A DNA stretch of 63,510 bases, the filler included, from Licmophora abbreviata (lineage: Eukaryota): NCBI GenBank assembly GCA_900291995.1. It is 12 parts of 12 records of this genome, joined end to end, with 100 filler letters (N's around TTAATTAATTAA, not from the genome) between each part and the next. Parts side by side here need not be neighbours in the genome. Positions count along the whole stretch, not along the records: positions 48,295 to 59,626 come from OLMU01000586.1; positions 59,727 to 63,510 come from OLMU01000589.1; 10 more parts are not named here. One strand, 5' to 3'. Position 1 is the stretch's first letter, and the number at the start of each line of letters is the position of its first letter. A program made the position numbers and the translations under genes. The notes under the pieces are model-generated. The model ran no database searches, was not told the DNA's origin, and worked only from the letters and a program-made list of their open reading frames with translations. Positions 55,432-63,510 of the stretch are shown piece by piece.

Positions 55432-55928
55432 GAGGACTGACTTCGCACCGAATTCCTCAATGCGCACGTGTGTGGTAACGATGCCTTCCGCTATATCGTG
55501 TCGCTTCCCCTGATGTACATCGTGTCGTGAAGAGAGACGCACAGATCAGTCGCCGTCGTGTTTTGCTTTCAAGACAGAGCAGCGCGCCATTGTCGCGGCG
55601 CCGCGTCTCATCATCATGGTTCACGCTGGGATGTGTGGTCGCGTGACGGGACGGTCGCGTCGTCGCGTGATGTCAGAACACGTCACACAACATCAATTTA
55701 GTGGAGATGATCGATAAAGCTCGCGACCTCGCAACAATTGAAAGCAGACTGCAATCACTGTGGTTGACTTGACGACTAGTACACCGATAGAGAAAGAAGA
55801 CGATCGTACGTTTACATGTTGCGTTCAGTGTCAGACCACCGAGGGTGATCTAAAGAGAGTTACTTCTGCTCTTAAGCTCCAGCATCCCAGAATCATCCTC
55901 ATACTATGCTTGGATCTCTCGTATGCGT

Positions 55929-56222
55929 TTACTCCTTCATGACACGTCCCGGCGTCGCAAACTCCCAGAAGGTAACGACAATCAGCAACATGATGCAAGC
56001 TCCAATAGGATCACTGTTGGCAGTCATTTCGGCAATCGCAGGGTCGACCACCGAAAGAGCGGTCGACGACCCAGCAACCGGCTGCGCGGGTGCGACGACG
56101 CTCGCAGTCGTTCGCATCGGTGCGCGAGAAATACTGCTGCTGCGTGCAGGGTTGACGGTGAACGCCGTCGTAGAGCCGAACAAGGCGACAAGGGCGACAA
56201 TCAATCGTAGGAAACCTTTCAT
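55929..56222 (-). CDS. Small plastid-targeted single-TM protein (about 97 aa precursor)
   Basis: Signal peptide MKGFLRLIVALVALFGSTTA|F, Ser/Arg/Ala transit peptide ending SSTALS, one TM, then WEFATPGR. Confidence 0.72.
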   Translation of the reverse strand: MKGFLRLIVALVALFGSTTAFTVNPARSSSISRAPMRTTASVVAPAQPVAGSSTALSVVDPAIAEMTANSDPIGACIMLLIVVTFWEFATPGRVMKE

Positions 56223-56499
56223 CGTGAACGTTCGTCTCTTGTAGAATATCAAATCAAGTAACACAGTCGTATAGTGAGTGTGGGAAGCAATGTGACAATG
56301 GGAGCGAGAAAAAGATTTGATTCAACCTGTCAAAAGGTACCCGGAGCGTGACGTCGTAACAGCTGTGTCAGCCAGTCGTTCGCCAAACACGAACAGGCAA
56401 GAGGAAAACTTCGGGTCAAGCACTCGTCGTTGTCTCAACGCGCCATGGATCTGGAAGAGTCTCCGGCGGTCGCTATTGCTCCCGTGTGTTCCGACGATC

Positions 56500-57741
56500 A
56501 TGACGGTTATTGCGAGCGATCATGCTGATATACTGGCGCAGATTGAGCTCGAGAAAAAACAGAATGCAGAAAAATGGACGACAGAAACTACAAACGTGCG
56601 AGTCAACCCCAATCTCATGCTGGAACTAGAGAAGCGAGACTCCCGGAGTCCGATCCACGCGCTTCTGCTCTGGAAGAAGATCGACTCTATGCCAAGGCTG
56701 CGAGATTGTCTCGAAGAAATGCGTCGTGTCTTGACGAGAACCGACAAGCTTGTTGAGAAGGAAACGTTGGAAGCAGACTTGAAGCGACTCTTTCCGCATG
56801 CTCCAAATGCAACCACGAACGAGAACGACCAGGCACCGGCGGATGCACCTCTCAGCAATCAGCAGCGAAGCCAGAGTATCTTACACCTCTATGACCGCCT
56901 CTTTGACTATCGCGTCAAGATCCAGCGTCACAAGGACTTTCCTGACGAATTGTTCATGGTCGACATGAGTTTCCTACCAGAGAACTTTCTCTACGACGAC
57001 AATCATGAGCAGCTCTCTCGCTACTACAGGGCGTGCCTGGCGGGGGATAGTGCGCTTGCACCAAGAATGAAGACGTCTCACATGCGATACTGTAATTTCT
57101 CGAGTGGGGATTTGGGGCGGCAATTGCACCAGAACTTCACCTTCCCGGCAGGCCAGATTCAGACAGAGTACATTCAAATGATCTTCACAGAGCTTTTGCA
57201 GACGTATGCCGGGATGCCACCGCATGCCGTCTTCGAATGGGCTTGCTCCCTCTTATTCACCGTCGAAGAGCATCAGCAGGACCCTCACGTGGACTACACA
57301 CACAAAGCAATGAGGCGAAACGAGCAGCTCCAGAGCAGACAAGAGGGACGCGGAAGGAAACGCAAGACCACAGACGAACAGCCCAAGCCCAAAGATCTGC
57401 CATGGAGCCTCGACATGCCACTTCAGAAAGGCGGATTACGGCTTGCCTTTTATGGGTGTGATCATGAAACGCTAGTGGAGACTCCTGAAGTGATTCATGT
57501 TCCATTCCGTCATGCGCTCTTCTGGCGTGGCGATTGCATTCACGCAGGATGTCTAGCCGATTTGTTGGGGGGCCACGGGTTTCGAATGCATGCGTACCTT
57601 CCTCTTCACGAGGGGCAGCGTCCGATGATGCTCACGACTGTGCCCGAAATCGAGTGGGACGACGAGAAGGGGCGTCGTTTTACAGATCGTTTGCGCCGCT
57701 ATGACGGATCAGCGTTTCCGAAGGGCAACGAGAGGGTCTAG
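56500..57741 (+). CDS. Putative 2OG-Fe(II) oxygenase-fold (PhyH-like) protein
   Basis: QQDPHVDY (HxD), later LFWRGDCIHAG (distal His) and RMHAY. Confidence 0.6.
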   Translation: MTVIASDHADILAQIELEKKQNAEKWTTETTNVRVNPNLMLELEKRDSRSPIHALLLWKKIDSMPRLRDCLEEMRRVLTRTDKLVEKETLEADLKRLFPHAPNATTNENDQAPADAPLSNQQRSQSILHLYDRLFDYRVKIQRHKDFPDELFMVDMSFLPENFLYDDNHEQLSRYYRACLAGDSALAPRMKTSHMRYCNFSSGDLGRQLHQNFTFPAGQIQTEYIQMIFTELLQTYAGMPPHAVFEWACSLLFTVEEHQQDPHVDYTHKAMRRNEQLQSRQEGRGRKRKTTDEQPKPKDLPWSLDMPLQKGGLRLAFYGCDHETLVETPEVIHVPFRHALFWRGDCIHAGCLADLLGGHGFRMHAYLPLHEGQRPMMLTTVPEIEWDDEKGRRFTDRLRRYDGSAFPKGNERV

Positions 57742-57834
57742 AGTAGGCATGTGTATTATTCTGCATGTTGAAGTAGTTCTATGTGGGAAAGGGGGTTACG
57801 ATACTAAGACGTTTTAAGAGTTAAACATTATTCT

Positions 57835-59626
57835 CTATTGTCGCCCTCGCGTGTTCCACACCATAAGCGCATTTGTTTCTTGGGAGGCCACGACTATCCA
57901 CTCTTCACTGGGATGTACGGCAAGCGCCGTCGGCGTCTTGTCGAGCTTGATTCGTTCCGAAAACGCGGGCCGTCTCGAATCAAGCACGCGAATCGCTTTC
58001 TTCCGTGAGCGGGTTATGTGTACGCCACTATCACCCACAAACTTGTCATGATGAGGTAGGGTCCTCGTCACGGTAGGGACATCTTGCCAACAGAGCATGC
58101 CGTCTATGCTGTTGGACACGACAGGGCGAGGTGGAACGCTGTATTTGTTCTCTGCTTCGGTGGCCAGTGGCCGGCCGTCGGCGTTCAATAGCTTGACAGG
58201 AGCCGGAGAGTGGCGAATACTGATGGCAACAGGAGGGCGCTCCGTCGATCTGTAGCAGAGACTTCTGGGCGATAGGCGGATGTGCATGACCCATCCATTC
58301 GACGTGACCCATTGGCATTCGAGACGGTGTCCTTGTATGTTCTGGACCATTCCCACGTTTCGAGGCGGTCGGACGTGTTCGAGTATAGTAGGTCGATAGC
58401 TTGTCCGATCCGCTGAAAACGCTTTCTTCCTGCCACCACCTGGTTGCCAGCAGTCTATCCATGTTACGCTGCCATCCGTCGCGCCAAGGAGAACCGAGGA
58501 GTCGGGCAATGTTCGTATGCACGTAATGCCCATCGATTCTTGCCAGGTCCATTCCACCGCAGCGCGATCAACATTCCAGAGTATTAAGCGTCCAGTGGAT
58601 GAGTAAGATATCCAGAGCAAGTGTGCTTGTGTCGATGAAAAGCAAACGGCCGATGGAGTATGGCTCCTAGCGACCATGGTATTGGACGGAGGTGAGCAAT
58701 CGATCCATCCGCTACGATCGTTGGGGTTGTCGATGATCTTGGCAACACGATAGACTCGCACAAGCGAGATACCTCTGTGATGGAGAGTGGGAGACGAGAG
58801 GTCGCATTAGACATTGGCATGAATTCGGACGATGAACACCGTCGCGAGCGATCGAACGCAGGTAAACCTACCGAAAGGCGACCGCGAGTTCGTCCCTTGT
58901 ATTCCACTGCATGGACGATACGGTGCGAGGCGTGGCGAATGTCCATGTCGGTGGCACCGGCAAAGCGTCCGCGGCGGCGTTTTGTAGATCTTGAGCAACC
59001 CAGACATCCCATTCCCATAGGCAAATGGTGTTGTGGGACGTGGCCGCGGCCAACAGGACGCCAGTTGGGTCCCAAGCCATGGCCATTATATCCATAGTCC
59101 CCACGTGGGAAGAATGCGCGTGACAGGTCAACGAAGTTCGAGAATTCCACTGGGGTTTCAACAGCGGCTTCCGCAAGGGCTTTCCAGTGGTCGCCCTGTG
59201 AAACAGAGAACAGATTACCGAACGCTGTCGAATAACAGACATACAATGATCGGCAGATTCGTCGTGGGCGTCCAAGTTCGCGACATTGGTCTCGTTTTCT
59301 GATCTATCTTTCACGTCCTCGCAGTCTTGACCCTCCAATGAATCTGTCATAGATGGGGTGTTCTGCCTGGAGTCTTCGGTCTCTGTCGACACTCTCCTGG
59401 TCATCAAGACAAGGTCTCTTTCGGTGGCGTCGTCATTGCCCACTACCCCGCGATCCGACGACAAATGGCCTTTCTCTCGTCGCCGTGGGCGCTTGGAGCT
59501 GGTATCTCTAGATTTCCCTATTTTTCTACTCTTCTTCCGCATGGCACCATTCTTCGGTCCCAGGGATGACAAGGGAACGCGAAGGTCAAGGTCGTCGTCG
59601 GAAGTGTCCCCATCACAATTTCCTGA
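57835..59626 (-). CDS. WD40-repeat protein, 5' end in gap; intron 58775..58871
   Basis: MAWDPTGVLLAAA…ICLWEWD, GRLILWNV, LLGATDGSVTWID, LAVHPSEEWIVV…MVWN. Splice AFR|GISL. Confidence 0.75.
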
Positions 59627-59728
59627 NNNNNNNNNNNNNNNNNNNNNNNNNNNNNNNNNNNNNNNNNNNNTTAATTAATTAANNNNNNNNNNNNNNNNNN
59701 NNNNNNNNNNNNNNNNNNNNNNNNNNGA

Positions 59729-59953
59729 CCTGGCGGCAAGAGTAAATCTCCAGGCCCCGGCGGCAAATCCAAGGGCTCCAAAGGCAGCAAGGGCGGACAT
59801 CCTGGACCTGGCGGTAAGAGCAAGGGCTCCAAAGGCGGCAAGAGTAAATCTCCAGGCCCCGGCGGCAAATCCAAGGGCTCCAAAGGCAGCAAGGGCGGAC
59901 ATCCTGGACCTGGCGGTAAGAGCAAGGGCTCCAAAGGCGGCAAGAAGAAGTGA
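59729..59953 (+). CDS. C-terminal fragment of a Lys/Gly/Ser-rich silaffin/cingulin-like protein (not in ORF track)
   Basis: Manual translation: PGGKSKSPGPGGKSKGSKGSKGGHPGPGGKSKGSKGGKSKSPG…GGKKK* with TGA at 59951-59953. Confidence 0.7.
   Translation, partial: PGGKSKSPGPGGKSKGSKGSKGGHPGPGGKSKGSKGGKSKSPGPGGKSKGSKGSKGGHPGPGGKSKGSKGGKKK
59732..59944. repeat. Perfect 102-bp tandem repeat (two full copies plus a partial)
   Basis: GGCGGCAAG unit starts at 59732, 59834 and 59936. Confidence 0.92.
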
Positions 59954-61436
59954 AGGTATCGCTGGTAGTAGCCAGCTGGCGAGTGTTTACGCTGCATCTA
60001 ATGTAAATGCCTGATATGTGTGGATTCTAAAGTGTTTACTTCTCGTCGTCTCGAAATGGAATTTTCAATCGTCGCACACCCATGAATGTTCTATCCAACC
60101 TCTTTGCATCGTTTCTTTGGGCTACTCGTTCCGCGATGGTCAATTGACACTGGTGGTCTCTATGCGACCCCTTCCCACAAACTCTTTCATCAACACTATC
60201 CTGCATCGCGATCCATCGAATGCCTAGGTCTTTATTGGATGTCTTTCATACCATGGCGATCGAACATCCACAACGTTCTTGTCTTAGTATATCGAAGTCG
60301 TCCGTCACGAGTGCTGGAACAATGAACTGCCAGAGTACGTCCTGCGCATGTCGAGCCCTTTACCATCAGGTCAACACTCCCACACATCCACATCTGCCAA
60401 CATAATGTCTCGTACATTCATAATATCGTGATCGAATCCAGAGAAAGTTCTTGATAAATGTACTGAGCAAGCCACTCGTACTTCCTAAGCAAGTAGCGGG
60501 CGCCGACTATCGAGAATCGAGAAGATCGACACGTGCCGTTGGGATAGTATTATCATGTCGCCTAACCAATTCTCGTCCGGCGAATCTGCAAATATCACTC
60601 GTTTGCTTCTGAACGGGCAAGGTCAGAAAATGAGGAGAGCCGAGTCGCCCTGCGGATAACTTAGGTCTCATGCTGCATACATGCAATAAGGTGACAACAC
60701 ATCAACCGCGACTTCTGACCCCGACACCGGTACACGCCAACCGTCAAGAGCGCACCATGTGTTCTGCATGTAGCTCAGAACAGCCCCGCTCACTGCAAGT
60801 TGAGCCTTCAATGCCGCACTCTAGCTGGCTGCACTACTGCCGGTGGAGACATCGCGTATTTCGACTCCGAAAACGGTACCGGAACCATCGGAGCGTCACG
60901 AGCGTTTATTGATTCGTATTTACTGATTGGTCCTGCGAGACAGTTGCTGCTGCGCAATGATAGGCTTGAATTTTTTTCTAAAAATTTCACGGCTTCTCAA
61001 GAAATTTGGAAAAATTATAATCGCAAAGAGTATGAGTATGTTCATTAACTTCAAATCGCCTGTGTGAACGTATTGTGCATACACAACGGAGAAACCTTTG
61101 ATGTGTAAAAATTTGGAAAATATATGCTCACATACCATATTGAAGATATACATTTATCTCACACTGCTTGTGCGCACGGATTATGCTTAAGGAAGCGAGA
61201 AGACCGGAATATCGTTACGTACAAATATATAGGTTTTAAATAATGGTATGTATTCCACGGTGGGCTACGTCGTATATACTCACAAGAAATTTCATGAAAT
61301 TCCCGGGGCTCGGTCGAAGTTCAAGAAGTGAGAGAGACAGGGAGCAGTGCATCATAAATCAATCGCGAGTGACTCTTACACAAGCCTTTCAAAGACAAAC
61401 CTCAAAAGGACGAAAGACTCACCAACTATACTTACA

Positions 61437-61694
61437 ATGGTAACGATGCGCCTCTTGATAGCAGTCCTATGCGTATTTGGATTGACACAGACGTGTGTGC
61501 AAGCCGCGGAACAGGAGAAGCGAGGGTCTCTCCGACGGAACCGTCGTCTTGTGTATGGTGTCGATGACCGAACGACGGCACAACAGCCGAGCTTGCAGGA
61601 AGACATGAGAGCAGTGATAGAGGAGGACGAACATTTCATGGAGAGGCTTCTGACTGAAGGGAGTTACAGTATGAGCATGAGCATGAGCATGTAA
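61437..61694 (+). CDS. Small secreted RXL/SMSMSM protein
   Basis: Signal peptide MRLLIAVLCVFGLTQTCVQA, RGSLRRNRRL, acidic core, ERLL…SYSMSMSMSM stop. Confidence 0.7.
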   Translation: MVTMRLLIAVLCVFGLTQTCVQAAEQEKRGSLRRNRRLVYGVDDRTTAQQPSLQEDMRAVIEEDEHFMERLLTEGSYSMSMSMSM

Positions 61695-62343
61695 GCTTTC
61701 TCGAGGCGGTAAGTGCTTCCCGTTGATGCGCAGCAGTATTGGCAGCTGACGAAGGGGGATTGGGAGTGTTAATGGGTTGCATCTGAAAGTTACCCCCATC
61801 CATTCTATCAAGGGCTTACCGAGAGAGCTGCATATAGTCGACAGGAGGAAGCATGGATGAGTGGAGGCAGGAATAGTGGGCGTGTCTTGAAGCACAGCCC
61901 TCTTTCTTTGGATTCCACTGGCTGATTTCAGCGTAATTGTTATAAATGTCTATCGTGGTCAAATCTCTTCGTCCTGATGTGTCGTCTCTCATACGGCTAC
62001 AATACTGGAGTGATACGAAGGAGAGGCGTGAGTGTTGAGAACGCCGTTGTCCGCCCCATCGTGCATCACGCATCGCATCAATCGGGGTTCTGAAAGGCAC
62101 CTCCAATCGTTTGGGGTGTTATGCTCCTATTCAGCCATGAATGCTGTTAGTTTAAATTTACTTATTGGCGTATGAGGACGTTGATCTTGCGGGACTTTCA
62201 AAACTTTTCGCGCGCAACCTGAACGTCATCAACGCCTGTCTGGCCGACACTCCGTGGTCCAGTCAAATTTGAGACAGATTTTAGATTTTGCTGATGCAAT
62301 GTTCCCCACAATTCTTCTGATGCCTCGGTCTCGCGTTGACACC

Positions 62344-63324
62344 ATGAGGTTGCGTATCTTTCCACTCCTTGTCGCCAGTGTGATCCTGGCTGCCCATTCC
62401 GCGGCTGCGTTCGGCTCTTATACGCAGCATTGCTCACTGGGTGCGCTCAGCTGTCGGAAGCGACCGTACTTTGTCGTTAAGAGCACTTCTGAAGACCAAG
62501 GCGACAATGAGGGATCGGATCTTGCAGCAGAATTCTTGAAGGTTGCCCAACAGCGCAACATTGGGCTGAATGACGAAGATCTAGTGGATGAAGACGATGA
62601 TGATGACGAGGATCAAAGTATCACGTCGGCATACCTTCCTGGTGGGTCGGAGGAAGACACGGAAGACGACGACGAGGAAGTGAACATTCCTCAAGGGGCA
62701 ATCAATGCATTTCTCGGGTACGACACGGGGGACGTTGGGGATAAACTTGCCGGAAATGTGACTCTTACAAACGATCAGCTATACAGTGAAGTCAAGGAAC
62801 GCGTGCTTGACACAGCTGGAGGGTTCGTGGAGCTCGTTCGTGGAGCCAACGAGGACGATGATGAACTTGACGACGATAAACCCAAGGAATACAAGCCACC
62901 CGAGACTATTCCCGATTCTGAACTTACCGCTGGCGAGGTGGTTCTTCTCGTCTTGAATGCTCTTCTCAACAACGACGTGCCAACTAAGAATCGTGGCGTC
63001 GAGATCTTGTTTGGGTACTCCAGTGAAGGTTCGCAGATCAAGAATGAGGTGGGCTTGACACCGGAAGAGTACGCAGAGTTCTTGAAAGAAGCGGAATACA
63101 AGGTGTTGTTCGACCATAAAGAAGTTTCGATCGATAAGGGCGACTACTCGTTCGACGGACGGAAAGGATTCTTTACTGCTCGTCTCCGAACAGGACCCAA
63201 GCCTCTCGATGTCACCAGCGTGAACTTTATCTTGTCTACGAAGGGGCACGGAGACGATGACTGTTGGCTCATTGACTCAATGCTTATCCGCCCGCAGTCA
63301 ATGAGAAGGCGACGGCGTCGCTGA
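62344..63324 (+). CDS. Plastid-targeted hypothetical protein (C-terminal domain resembling DUF4864-type proteins)
   Basis: Leader ending SAAA|F, acidic tract, then P.SELTAGEVV..VLNAL.NND.P..N.GVE.LF.YSS and CWLIDSM. Confidence 0.7.
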   Translation: MRLRIFPLLVASVILAAHSAAAFGSYTQHCSLGALSCRKRPYFVVKSTSEDQGDNEGSDLAAEFLKVAQQRNIGLNDEDLVDEDDDDDEDQSITSAYLPGGSEEDTEDDDEEVNIPQGAINAFLGYDTGDVGDKLAGNVTLTNDQLYSEVKERVLDTAGGFVELVRGANEDDDELDDDKPKEYKPPETIPDSELTAGEVVLLVLNALLNNDVPTKNRGVEILFGYSSEGSQIKNEVGLTPEEYAEFLKEAEYKVLFDHKEVSIDKGDYSFDGRKGFFTARLRTGPKPLDVTSVNFILSTKGHGDDDCWLIDSMLIRPQSMRRRRRR

Positions 63325-63510
63325 GAGCTCAGTACGATATACAGTGGAGATTGCTCGTCCTATAACTATCGTCTTATAGCTACGATAAGTCATATCAAAC
63401 GACGTGTACAGCAAGATAAGTTTTATCGTAGCTCTGTAGTTGTCTCATCTGCTCGTCATTTGTACGTGCAGTATCGAATAAATATACAGATATGCCGCTT
63501 TCAACGTCAT

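Noticed and set aside
59671..59997. Pro/Leu-rich minus-strand ORFs (PPLEPLLLPPGPG)
   Set aside because: Antisense shadow of the plus-strand Lys/Gly repeat, which has a proper stop and typical composition.
60800..61048. 82-aa ORF as a possible gene remnant
   Set aside because: No recognisable motif or ATG start; unsupported.
60930..61300. AT-rich patch as a possible centromere
   Set aside because: Short and directly upstream of a gene; more simply a promoter or intergenic region.
1..63510. tRNA, rRNA, transposase or retroelement, CRISPR
   Set aside because: No cloverleaf, rRNA signature, RT/integrase/transposase motif or repeat-spacer array seen.

Overview
Eukaryotic nuclear DNA, most likely from a pennate diatom. 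Evidence: dense genes, short GT-AG introns of about 65-115 nt, bipartite signal+'AF' plastid leaders, RXL motifs, Lys/Gly-rich secreted repeats and a diatom-type TM-LRR gene. It is a gapped scaffold with eleven 100-nt N/TTAATTAATTAA/N spacers. At three spacers the flanks overlap, so neighbouring contigs are probably truly adjacent. About 27 genes can be called. Housekeeping genes: PP2C, isochorismatase-like, BCD1, HAS1, PheRS beta, PAM18, USP48-like, FAD synthase, TPK, MFAP1, two TM9SF, RlmI-like and a 5'-nucleotidase-like phosphoesterase. The rest are lineage-specific. The most notable observations are: an XRN-family nuclease with an organelle-type leader and two dsRBD-like repeats; several silaffin-like or adhesion-like secreted proteins, one missed by the ORF track; a short phytochelatin-synthase-like gene between inverted TM9SF paralogs; tandem leader-bearing FAD synthase and TPK genes; and a small plastid-targeted single-TM protein. 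No rRNA, tRNA, CRISPR or transposon could be supported. All calls come from motif recognition by eye; no searches were run.
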